Source: a virus
DNA length: 64,000 nt
Direction: 5' to 3' (one strand)
IMG/VR virus record: IMGVR_UViG_3300025030_000054
Span: 41,688-105,687 of that record
Position 1 is the first letter of the stretch. The number at the start of each line of letters is the position of its first letter. The position numbers and the translations under genes are program-made. The notes beneath the pieces were generated by a model that was given only the letters and a program-made list of their open reading frames with translations, was not told the DNA's origin and searched no databases. Shown one piece after another: positions 38,110-48,000 of this stretch.

Positions 38110-38422
38110 AAAACCATGTTGACTTGAAAGGTTAACAAGAAAGATTTTTATCTTTCTAAGTAATTTAAATATTACTAAACAGAAAAACTAATTACTACTT
38201 AGTATCTCAACGAAGCGTAGCGGAGTTGAGCAACAAATTAAACCTTCTAAGTCTTAAACAAGTTGTTAGCTAAGTTATCTAAAGGCAAATTCTATACCTA
38301 AAATCTAACAGCCTTCAGGCTTACTTGAAAGTAGACTTTGCTTTGTTCAGTCGCACAAGTGCTCCTGAACTTATTATAGAAATAGTAAATATTTGAAAGG
38401 CTACTACAGGTTAGTAACTATA

Positions 38423-38512
38423 CTTCAGAAGGCTTTCCATACTACTTGTCTCAGACCTTCAGAAGACTTTCCATACTACTTGCCTCAGACCTTCAGAAGA
38501 CTTTCCATACTA
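38423..38512. repeat. 34-bp tandem repeat, about 2.6 copies
   Basis: CTTCAGAAG(A/G)CTTTCCATACTACTTG(C/T)CTCAGAC at 38423, 38457 and 38491 (partial). Confidence 0.9.
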
Positions 38513-38533
38513 TCTCCCGTCCCGCCCAAATAA

Positions 38534-38959
38534 TCACTCAACCTTCAGCTTCCCAGCTCGCCACAATTCCCTCTGGCGCCGCCAACTCGGGTCCTCAATA
38601 TGCGGTAAATCCAAGAAGCTCTTAAAATAGAACCCAGCAGTCAGACCTAACTTAACTGCTATATCAGCCATTATTTTAAACAGTTTTTTATTTGCAGACC
38701 AGTCGAAGTTTTTACCGTCCGCTGTCAAAGGCCATAGATCAACAGCTAGTCCGTAGTTATGAGCGGAACTTCCCGGAGGCGCGTTACTAACTACTTTTCC
38801 TGGAGTCGTCCTGCCTTGGGCGTAGATAGCTTTCTGATGTGCCATTGTTCGTCGCCCATCACTAATTCCCCACTTCCTTCCAGTAGCCTTCTCAGTCTGC
38901 TTTATAAGTTCCTCTACCTTTGCCTTAAATGCTGGTTCAAGGGTATCTATCTTCCTCAT
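38534..38959 (-). CDS. Endolysin, M15-family peptidase
   Basis: AGGAG RBS before ATG 38959; G.RT...Q..IYAQGRT, SAHNYGLAVD, DLPHIE. Confidence 0.88.
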   Translation of the reverse strand: MRKIDTLEPAFKAKVEELIKQTEKATGRKWGISDGRRTMAHQKAIYAQGRTTPGKVVSNAPPGSSAHNYGLAVDLWPLTADGKNFDWSANKKLFKIMADIAVKLGLTAGFYFKSFLDLPHIEDPSWRRQRELWRAGKLKVE

Positions 38960-38969
38960 TTTAAATCTC

Positions 38970-40634
38970 CTAAAATAATCCCAACTCTTTATAATCGCCC
39001 CAGTACTCTTCCACGCTAACATAGTTCTTGCTATAAAGGTCGCAGTGGTTTGTAAAGTTCTTTCCGTGGTTAATATGAACACTAGAATTAATACAATGCC
39101 AAGGGTTTCTCACTAAATCAGGCTCAAGCATTACCTGACCTCTTAGCAAAGCCTCTTTAACTTTACTCTCAAAATGACCTATAGCATCACTAAAAAGCAT
39201 GGTCATCTGGTGCAAAGGAATAGAGTCATGCACATGCTCATAGCTCTGAAAGCCCTCAGAACATACTCCTTTTAAGTTAGTATTATAAATCACCCCACTA
39301 TCAAAGTTAGGGTAATCGAAGTAGCCCTCTGGATAAAGTACGTCATGTTCTAAGAAACTCACATATTTGTAAGACCCAGTGGCTTCCGCTCGGTAAAGTA
39401 ACTGAAGGATCTGCAAAGTAATGTTTAGATGGTTGCTACTCTGGGTCTGCGCTATGAGTTCTGGGAAAGGATTATTTTCAATAGTTTTCCAAGTGCTTGT
39501 TAAAATGTCTGCCTTGCCCTTAGATATCCTCTCCAAATTACCTAAAACATTACTCACAACACTATCGTCATTATTATTTGTATAGAATATTCCAAGCCTG
39601 TTACAAGTGCCTTCTGGGATAATTAGATAGTCATTTTCAGGGATTACTTTAGAGTACTCAACGTCATCCAGTTTGTACTTAACCACTAGGTGCTTTAGTA
39701 TGCCTTCTTGGGGGTCCCACCCGGCTAGGCTATTATTCACGCAAACATTAAGGCCACTACCTCTAACCAACCGCCTAAGATTAGCTGTTACGTTAGCCCC
39801 ACCGTATGATGCTTCTATAATCTCTAATTTCACAGTCTTATCCTTTGCAGCGGTTATTTGAGCAGCTATTGAGTTAACCCTATCAGCACCAAAATGTTCT
39901 TCGATAGGCTTTAAATCAAGTCCGAGTTCGTTGAAACCTATGATATAATTCCTAATCCTATCGTCGTAAATCATAGGGTAAGGTATATCTCCCATACCAG
40001 TTTTGAAGAGATGCACCCAAGACAGGAATGGAAGGCAGATAGTTTTATGCCCTGCCTTTCTATACTTACTGTGAATGTAACCCTCTTCCCCACCAAAGCC
40101 TGCAAAGTCTGGGTTAAATCCTAGCCAAGCATCTTTCCTACAAGCAAATAGACCAAGACCCTGCATAGGAATTTCGTAGGGTTCTGAGTTAGGGTCTATT
40201 GAAGCAGCTCGCCAAGTCCCCCACATACCACTTGCCCACTCATCGTTGAAAGCGTCTGCATAATTAACTAGATCGTCGTATCTCAACGGACCTTGCAGAA
40301 GATCTTTACAGTCAGGATTTTTAGAAGTCCAATCTTTAAAGCTAGCCATAGCACCTTCTGTAAGTAAAACATGGGTATCAATGCACATAACCCAGTCACC
40401 TAGAGCCTCTCTAAATACAAGGTCTCTAGGTGCCGAAGTTCCTGTTTTTTCTGTGTAAAGAATGTAGCGAGTTCCGTAGGTACCGTCTATAAAACTTTTT
40501 AGACGCTTATCACCATAGTTGTCTATCACTAAAATCTCAGTGTCTGTCATATCTTGGTACATTAAGAGAGATTGGACAGTGAACCAAACTTCAGTAAAAT
40601 TATTATAACTCGCCATTCCTATAGTTAGTTTCAT
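38970..40634 (-). CDS. Multi-domain glycosyltransferase (ppGalNAc-T-like GT-A, SUEL-lectin-like, second GT-A)
   Basis: EILVIDN, DTH, GLF, FGGEE, VHLFK..PYP; IIEASYG..NVT...N...WDP..G..KHL.VKY; VSFLEHDVLY. Confidence 0.8.
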   Translation of the reverse strand: MKLTIGMASYNNFTEVWFTVQSLLMYQDMTDTEILVIDNYGDKRLKSFIDGTYGTRYILYTEKTGTSAPRDLVFREALGDWVMCIDTHVLLTEGAMASFKDWTSKNPDCKDLLQGPLRYDDLVNYADAFNDEWASGMWGTWRAASIDPNSEPYEIPMQGLGLFACRKDAWLGFNPDFAGFGGEEGYIHSKYRKAGHKTICLPFLSWVHLFKTGMGDIPYPMIYDDRIRNYIIGFNELGLDLKPIEEHFGADRVNSIAAQITAAKDKTVKLEIIEASYGGANVTANLRRLVRGSGLNVCVNNSLAGWDPQEGILKHLVVKYKLDDVEYSKVIPENDYLIIPEGTCNRLGIFYTNNNDDSVVSNVLGNLERISKGKADILTSTWKTIENNPFPELIAQTQSSNHLNITLQILQLLYRAEATGSYKYVSFLEHDVLYPEGYFDYPNFDSGVIYNTNLKGVCSEGFQSYEHVHDSIPLHQMTMLFSDAIGHFESKVKEALLRGQVMLEPDLVRNPWHCINSSVHINHGKNFTNHCDLYSKNYVSVEEYWGDYKELGLF

Positions 40635-41869
40635 ATTAGACTCTTAGTTCCCACGCTTGTTTTAATTCTAACTGCTCCCTCATTTGAATACAACGCAAAT
40701 GATAGAATACCGTTAGATGTTTTAATTCTTAAAGGCCCGTTTTGAGATGTTTGAACAGGCACTTTAGTTGACCCTGCGAGTAATGTTATAAATGGTATGA
40801 AAGGTGCTGCTGTAGTGGTTGTAGTTGGATTACTTGTTGTCGTAGCTTGTATAGTTGTAGTTGTCGGTTGAACTGTTGTAGTAGCCGCCAAAGTTGTTGT
40901 AGGAACTAAGGTAGTTGTGGTAGTTGGAGCTACGGTTGTTGTAGGGGCAGCTGTTGTGGTAGCCAGCGTAATCACCACCGTATCGCTCACCCCTGCGCTC
41001 ACATTCCCCGCCGCGTCCTTGGCCCACGCCCAGAGCGTCTTGATCCCTGCTTCCGCAAACGTGTGCGTCTCAGGTGCCGTCGCGCTCCATCCTGAGTCTC
41101 CTGCAAGCGGTGGGGTTGCTGACTCGGTGAGCTTGTAACCTGTTACTGCTACATCGTCCGTTGCGAGTAGAGATGTGATCGGGACGGTGAGGGTGGTTGA
41201 GGTTGCGGGGATAGTGAAGTAGGTAACGGCCGGGAAAACTATCGCACCATCTGCCGCCAAAAACGGTGTGAGTGCAGACATGATGCCAGTGACCAAAACA
41301 TCCTTCGCCGCCGCGTTGACATGTACGCCGTCAACCAGATAATCAGCTTTCCAGTTGGCGTTGACGGTCATCGCCGTCTGCCAATTGACAAACGGCAGAC
41401 CCCATTCTGTCGCCAGAGATTGCAGCCTATTGCGTAGCGGATCGGTATCGGTCAGATTTCTGTGGTAGGTGAAGCCATCTGTTGATTCCGCATGTGCGGG
41501 CGCAGCCACAAGCAACATGAGGGGATAGCTTGCCATCCCGTCCAAGAGTGCGCGATAATCCCTCACCCTCTGTTCGTAGGCGTCAGGGTTATAGCGTGTC
41601 GGATTTCCAGAGATAAAGTTGTAGTATCCGTCATTGGTCCCGCCGTGAAGGAACACAACCAAGTCAGGCGCAAACGGTGTTACTTGAGTCGAGAAGTTGT
41701 TCAGCGCATCGTAAGAAGTAGACCCCCCAACCCCACTGTTGGTAATAGTGTATGTTGCTGCCGGATATGAATCATTGAGCGCGGCCTGTAGCTTAGCCGC
41801 TAAATCCCCAAAGGTTGCGTCGTTGTATTCGGTGTTGCTGTCGCCTACTAGGGTTATTTTGGTTGTCAT
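40631..41869 (-). CDS. SGNH/GDSL hydrolase plus Ig-like domain plus Thr-rich tract
   Basis: GDSNT, N.GVGG, GTND, DGVH; WAWAKDAAGNVS; PTTT repeats. Confidence 0.82.
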   Translation of the reverse strand: MTTKITLVGDSNTEYNDATFGDLAAKLQAALNDSYPAATYTITNSGVGGSTSYDALNNFSTQVTPFAPDLVVFLHGGTNDGYYNFISGNPTRYNPDAYEQRVRDYRALLDGMASYPLMLLVAAPAHAESTDGFTYHRNLTDTDPLRNRLQSLATEWGLPFVNWQTAMTVNANWKADYLVDGVHVNAAAKDVLVTGIMSALTPFLAADGAIVFPAVTYFTIPATSTTLTVPITSLLATDDVAVTGYKLTESATPPLAGDSGWSATAPETHTFAEAGIKTLWAWAKDAAGNVSAGVSDTVVITLATTTAAPTTTVAPTTTTTLVPTTTLAATTTVQPTTTTIQATTTSNPTTTTTAAPFIPFITLLAGSTKVPVQTSQNGPLRIKTSNGILSFALYSNEGAVRIKTSVGTKSLI

Positions 41870-41877
41870 TTTGTCCC

Positions 41878-44415
41878 CTAGTACTCTTTGTAATTCGTTA
41901 CTGTGAAATCTGAAGCATTACTATCTGTATAAAAGTCCATACCTAAACACTCATAAAAAGTTGACCCTGCGTCTTTTATGTCTATGCCAAAAGTTAGCCA
42001 ACCTGTAGTTGCTAGCTGAGTACGGCTTGAATTTAAGACTGACAGCTTTGCCGTAGTGCCGCTAACTTCCAGTTTCGCAATATAGGTTGTCCCTGCCGTT
42101 ACTGTAGGGGTGTCAATGACACCTGAATATGTATCAGATGGTGTGTACCACCTCAGCCTAAGAACATTAGTACTTCCCGTACCAGCCGGTGATGCATACA
42201 CCCATAATCTACGTGTAGATGCGATAGTCGCACCATCCCCAACGACCGGAGCGGAAGATTTTTCAACAAGGCCGAATATATCACCGCCTCCTTCCGTGAA
42301 TACAGAAGCAGCAACAGAAAATGTTACTTCGTAACTCCTCACATTGGCTTTGCTGAAATTCTTAGAATACATAAAAGCAGCTTCCCATCCCAATGAAAGG
42401 ATTCTTAAGCTGGATGTTTCCGAAACCGACCCCCCATCCCCGGTGACTACTTGCCACTTAGCTGTATCAAGTGACGAATTGTTAAAATTATCGGAGTATA
42501 ACGGCGGAGTCCCGCTAACCTCCGCCGACTCCGTACTCCCCGCCCCGTTGATAGCCGCGAGGCTGTAATAGTACGTGGTCCCGTTGGTGCGCCCTGTGTG
42601 AGTGTACGGGAGGGTGACGCCGGTTATCGTATTGCTACGGGTGCCTGCTACTGTGCCCCATTTGAGGTCGTAGCTGGTCGCGCCGGTGCCGCCGGATGTT
42701 AGGGCGATGACGTTTTGAGTGTCGCCGGGGGTGACGCTGATGACCGGCTGAGTGGGAGCGGCTGCGGTTGTGACAGTAAACGTATCGCTAACCCCACCAA
42801 TGGTAAGTGTGGTATTTACTGCTGTACTAGCACTGCCAGAACTTGTCACCTTGACCTTGACAGTATCACCATTGATGACCGTTCCCGATGTGCTTGTGTA
42901 CGCTCCACCATTCTTGCTGTATTCGCCACCTGTTATCGAAATAGTAGCAGCATCATTTATTCCTGCTACAGTGATCGTGTTGGACTCTGTAGCTGTACTC
43001 ACCGCAACGCCTGTCTGATCGGTAAAGGTGAAAGCATCGGGAGTCGTATCTGCCACTACAGTAACGACAGAGAAAGTATCAGTCACATCACCTATGGTTA
43101 AGAACGCTGTCGCTGAACTGTTATACCCAGTAGAGCTGTAAAGCTGTACCCTTACGCTGTCGCCGTTTACTACAGTTCCGTCCACATTTGTGAATGCACC
43201 CTCATTGACAGAATACCAGCCACTGAGTACGTGAATGGCAGCAGGTGCATTTATACCAGAGACAGTTATCGGAGCCGAGGTAATCAGGGTGTTTAGTGCT
43301 ACGCTTGATTGATCCACGAAGACGAATCCATCGGGCGTCGTATCTGGTGCTACTGTAGTTGTCGGACTTGCTGTAGTTGTCGGTGCTACTGTAGTTGTCG
43401 GTGCTACTGTTGTGGTAGTAGTTGTTGTAGGCACTGCAGTAGTTGTAGCTGCTAAAGTTGTAGTCGTAGGGTTAGCCGTAGTTGTCGGACTTGCTGTAGT
43501 TGTCGGTGCTACGGTAGTCGTAGTTTCTATTAACGTAGTGACGGTGAAAGAGTCTGTAACTCCGCCTATGGTTAAATACCCAGTCGTTACAGTCCCATAG
43601 TCAGGAGAACTGTAAAGTTGTACTTTTACGGTATCCCCATTCACCACTGTACCATCCGCATTTGTAAACGGGCCGTCATTGATAGAATAATTAGCGCCAG
43701 TTATACTTATCGGAGTTGCCGTATTAATACCATCCACAGTTATACCAAAGAACAGTGTAATTAAGCTATTCCGGGCTACATTCGTTTCATTGATAAAATT
43801 AAATGTATTAGGAGTGGTATCTGGTACTGCTGTAGTTGTTGGAGCCACTGTTGTAGGTACTGCTGTAGTTGTGGCTGCTACTGTAGTAGTAGTTGGTGCT
43901 ATAGTTGTAGTAGTAGGTACTGCCGTAGTAGTAGGTGCTACAGTAGTCGTAGGTGCTACCGTAGTTGTAGGTGTTACAGTAGTTGTTCCTAACAAATCGG
44001 TCCTAATAACAAACGTATAGCCTTGTGCAAACAACGCATCTTCCTGCACTTGTGTAGAAGCCTCTCCTACAAGTATGCCGGACTGACCAATCCTAGCATC
44101 CAGTTTCCGAATTACTTCTTGGGTTAAATGAAAGGCAAACTCGCTGTCACCTGCATAAATTTCTGCAAGCCCCAAGTTAGGAGTCCAGTCAGTAGTTATC
44201 TGGTAAGAAGAACCAGCTACGGAAATTCCAGCGTAGTTAGGGCTGATCTGAATTTGGGTGTTACTATCCACAGATATAATACCGTAAATAGCGGCTACTC
44301 CGTAAACTTTAAAAGTATCCCCAACACCAACCTTACTGAGCCAAGAAGTTCCCACCCCAGTCACTATATTTGTACCTTGATCTACTGATACTGTACCAAC
44401 CTGATACTGTGCCAT
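41878..44415 (-). CDS. Tail fibre-like protein with two mucin-like Thr/Pro tracts, three DTTP-led beta repeats, FN3 and C-terminal beta-sandwich
   Basis: N-terminus YQVGTVSV..GT..VTGVGTSW typical of fibre anchors; (P/A)TTT(V/A) repeats; YTHTGRTNGTTYYY. Confidence 0.75.
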   Translation of the reverse strand: MAQYQVGTVSVDQGTNIVTGVGTSWLSKVGVGDTFKVYGVAAIYGIISVDSNTQIQISPNYAGISVAGSSYQITTDWTPNLGLAEIYAGDSEFAFHLTQEVIRKLDARIGQSGILVGEASTQVQEDALFAQGYTFVIRTDLLGTTTVTPTTTVAPTTTVAPTTTAVPTTTTIAPTTTTVAATTTAVPTTVAPTTTAVPDTTPNTFNFINETNVARNSLITLFFGITVDGINTATPISITGANYSINDGPFTNADGTVVNGDTVKVQLYSSPDYGTVTTGYLTIGGVTDSFTVTTLIETTTTVAPTTTASPTTTANPTTTTLAATTTAVPTTTTTTTVAPTTTVAPTTTASPTTTVAPDTTPDGFVFVDQSSVALNTLITSAPITVSGINAPAAIHVLSGWYSVNEGAFTNVDGTVVNGDSVRVQLYSSTGYNSSATAFLTIGDVTDTFSVVTVVADTTPDAFTFTDQTGVAVSTATESNTITVAGINDAATISITGGEYSKNGGAYTSTSGTVINGDTVKVKVTSSGSASTAVNTTLTIGGVSDTFTVTTAAAPTQPVISVTPGDTQNVIALTSGGTGATSYDLKWGTVAGTRSNTITGVTLPYTHTGRTNGTTYYYSLAAINGAGSTESAEVSGTPPLYSDNFNNSSLDTAKWQVVTGDGGSVSETSSLRILSLGWEAAFMYSKNFSKANVRSYEVTFSVAASVFTEGGGDIFGLVEKSSAPVVGDGATIASTRRLWVYASPAGTGSTNVLRLRWYTPSDTYSGVIDTPTVTAGTTYIAKLEVSGTTAKLSVLNSSRTQLATTGWLTFGIDIKDAGSTFYECLGMDFYTDSNASDFTVTNYKEY

Positions 44416-44474
44416 ACAAGTCTCCTAACAAACTATCTAATAAATTGTCCTAAAACAAATAAATCATTTCATAC

Positions 44475-44507
44475 TATTATATACCCTCTAGGCATAATAA
44501 ATATTAC
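44475..44507 (-). promoter_or_regulatory. Bipartite phage promoter motif (GTAATA-N17-GTATATAATA)
   Basis: Upstream of the Thr-rich fibre/SGNH/GT/endolysin operon. Confidence 0.72.
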
Positions 44508-44527
44508 TTTGGCAAGTACATTTAATA

Positions 44528-45058
44528 CTAGACCCACTTAATTGCTTCTACTTCCTCTACTGTCTCAGCTAATTCTATTTGAGTTTTTAATGCTCTGGCC
44601 TTTTGATGTATAGCATTACCTCTCAAGGCCATAGTTATGGGAATCTGAACCATCTGAGATTTATCCATAGTTACTGTAGAGCTGTCCTGGCAAGTCCACT
44701 CAATAGAAAACTCTGGAACAACTTGAGCTGCCTGAACTGCTATACTAATTCTTCGGATAGCTGCTAAGTCTGAATCAAAACGTTTGTCTAGGTAATCAAA
44801 GCCAGAGAGTTCTTCTACATCTCTGGCTTTTTTGATTTCATCCCATTTTATTTCTTTGGCTCTAAGCAAAGTCAGTGTAGACTGCACCACAGGAACTCCA
44901 TTAATTATGTGGGTAGCCTTCTCCATCTCCAATAGATTTTCTGGGCTGGCTTTAAAGTGCAGAAATTTATGGATGGCGGGGTCACTGTTATAGTCTGCTG
45001 AATCATCATCATAAATTCCCACTTTCTTTCCAGTTATTATTTCATATACACAAATCAT
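44528..45058 (-). CDS. Tail fibre-associated protein (DUF4376-like)
   Basis: KWDEIKKARD...GF...FDSD....RI...W...D...V...KAR.LK..I..A.T.EEV..I.W. Confidence 0.75.
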   Translation of the reverse strand: MICVYEIITGKKVGIYDDDSADYNSDPAIHKFLHFKASPENLLEMEKATHIINGVPVVQSTLTLLRAKEIKWDEIKKARDVEELSGFDYLDKRFDSDLAAIRRISIAVQAAQVVPEFSIEWTCQDSSTVTMDKSQMVQIPITMALRGNAIHQKARALKTQIELAETVEEVEAIKWV

Positions 45059-48000
45059 CTGACAACTCCCTCTATAGAAAACACAACTTTCGTTATTTCC
45101 TTTATCCCAGAAAATCCTGCTATATTAGCGTGCAAGGCTACGGTATGAGAACCTGAATTAAGGTAAACCCTATTGCTAACCGCATTGCCTCCTAAGTACG
45201 CTCCAGCACCACCATATTGATGTGAATCTATAGTTACGCCGTCTACTTTTATTTCGTAGTAGTAGTGCTCATCGCCAGACACTGCCCCGTCTTTGGTAAC
45301 GTAAGTCATAAGGTTATAATAAGCCGAATGTCTTACTGTAAAATTATAAGAAGCAACCAAGGCTGGGTTTATGTTGTTGTTTATACCATTGTAAAAATTT
45401 GTGTCTATAGAGGCGTACCGCTGCACTGAAACAGCTTCTCCGGCAATTTGCAAGGTATCTACATAGGCATCTCCAGTGTATATCTTGTTACCGTCTATGG
45501 TAGTTGTGCCTGGCCTTGTCCACTCTGATACTGTTGTAGCCGCACTAGCCGCATTATCCCTTACAGTAGCTGCCAAGGTTCCGCCCACTTTAGCTACGTC
45601 ACTGGCGTATACCATGTTGTCTGTATCAGTTACTTGAATAGTTCCGAAAGAAGTTACGACAGAAACGTCCCAGCCTGCTTTCCAAGTATCTATATCGTAG
45701 TTAGAATAACCCGCGATAAAATTCTTTACGACTACTTTAGGGTGTGCCCAAGAAGCATTAGTCTCCCCAATCCAAACACACGCCTTGGTTCCATCGTGTC
45801 CGAAACGTATAGCATGAGATGCACTAGACTGTCCTATAATAGACGCAGAAGTGTTTACCCAGTAACCTCCTGAGTAATTATACCCGCCAATCAATGCGGT
45901 AAAGTATTGGTTGGTGGTGTAATTGTAAACATCTACAGAAAACTGAAGCATCGTACCAGACCATAATACCGGCAATGATATCTTAATAGCTCCAGTCGCA
46001 CTACCAGTAATACTGTAAGTTCCACCTACTGGTCTTGCTATGGTGGTTAAGCTATCTTCAGTGGAGTTTGCCATAGAAGCTGCTTTAACAGCTACCGCGT
46101 TAAGTAAGGCAGTTCTAGCATCGTAGTAAGCCTTCCAGCTTGCCCTAAAGGTTGACCCTACGATTACAGTAGTAGTACTTGCACTAGCGTCTGAAATCCA
46201 AGAGGGTATTCCACTAGTCCAAGTTACTCCTGCATTTAAGTAATCGGCTAAACTCTGAAAAGCGGCTGTGTAAGTAGCCTTTTCTGTAGGTAATCCAAAT
46301 GAGGTAGCTTGGGTTTCTATTCCAGCCTTTTCAGCAGATATTACCTCCCACTCTCTCCTAACCGTGTACTTTTCATTGGGCGTTAGTTTACTGTCAGAGG
46401 CGATATCTGATACTAAACTATTAACTGTGTTTGCTGTGTTCACTGCGTTGGTTGCATTTTGAGAGGCAGTTGCAGCAGCTCCCGCAGCAGTATTTGCAGT
46501 ACTATTTGCCGTGTCTGCTACAGTCTTTGCTTTGGTAGATATGGCATTTAATAAGATAGTTCGATTGTAATAATAGGTGCTCCATTTTGACCTAAAAGTT
46601 GCTCCTACAATAGTCGTGGTGGTTGGTATGTTAGCGTCAGTTATCCAAGAAGGAACTCCACTACTCCATGCCGCGCCATTGTTAAGGTAGTTTGCAAGAG
46701 CCTGAAAAGCATTTATGTAGTTAGCCTTTTCTGTAGTTATTCCGAAGTTCTCTGCCTGAGTATTTATCCCACCCCACTCGCTAGCAACAACATCCCACTC
46801 TAGTCTTACAGACTGCTTTTCGGTAGCCGTTAGTTTGCCATCAGACGCTATTTCAGCAATTAGTGCATTAGCTGTTTCGGCTTCGTTTAGAGCATCTGCT
46901 ATAGACTCATTTATATCTTCCACTGCGGGAGTCCATGCAGTAGCCGTGTTACCTATTTCTACTTTTAATAACTTGACTATAGGTTTTACTCCAGTACCGT
47001 AAGTACCGTAGAACGAAAGATGGCAGATATCTCCATTATATCCAGCAGGGTCATATGAGAAACTTCCAGTTAAGGAGAAATACTGATACTCTGTTGTAGC
47101 ATTCACAACTAAAGAAGTGTTTATAAGGTATTTTCCCAAACTATAGACTACTACCTGACCAGGGATGGTAGATTTTAACAAACCAGAAATAGTTACAGGC
47201 TTCCCTAAGTTGGCTATTGCAATACTGTTAAGATCCACTGGTAGGTACTCTGTAACAGAAGTTCTTTCTACGTCACTGCCTGCTAATAGGTTTCTCCCAC
47301 CAACCACAATAGCACTGTTATCTACTTCAATTGTTTGTCCGGCAGCATTTTTAGGGTTTGAAGTGAAATGAACTGTCCCATAGAAATCACCGCCCATGAG
47401 CTGAAAAGTGCCTGTCTTATCAAACTTCCAGCCAGCCTGTCCAGCAACATAGTTAGTGCTTTGAATATAGTTGCCTATCTTTGCATTGTCTATGTCCCCC
47501 TCTTTTATTGCAGCTTTGGCTATATAAACTGTTCCTTGGTCAACTATGAAAGGAACTAAAGGCGTAGCTCCCGGACCTGCATCCACAATAGAAAATCTGT
47601 CAGCAAGAATTTCTACATTGCTAGTTACTCCATCACTCCACAGACCTATTCCAGCGATCTTACCGTTAGCATCCACCTTCAACATCATCTTAGCCTCTAC
47701 CGCAGAGGTTATAGCTCCGTCAATTGCTGTAGTAGTTTCGACAGTAGTAGAGTAGTTGATTAGTGCAGAAGCTGTGTTATTGTTTGCCGTAGCTACCGCG
47801 CCAGAAGTAGCAGTAGCTATAGCTGAGTCCGCGTCTACTTTTGTATAGTAGCTTGCTAACGAAGTTGCCAGCGAACCAGTACTAACTAGAGAAGAGGTAG
47901 CCCCAGTTATTGCCGTAGCAGTTGCAGAGTCCGCTTCGGTTTTTGTGTAGTAACCAGAAAGCGCCGTAGCAAGTGTACCGTTAGTGACTGACTCAGAGGT

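Noticed and set aside
38423-38512. 34-bp repeats as a CRISPR array
   Set aside because: Copies are directly adjacent with no spacers, and no cas genes are present
40917-44020. Val-rich + strand ORFs (40917, 43412, 43790 and similar)
   Set aside because: Antisense shadows of the Thr-codon repeats
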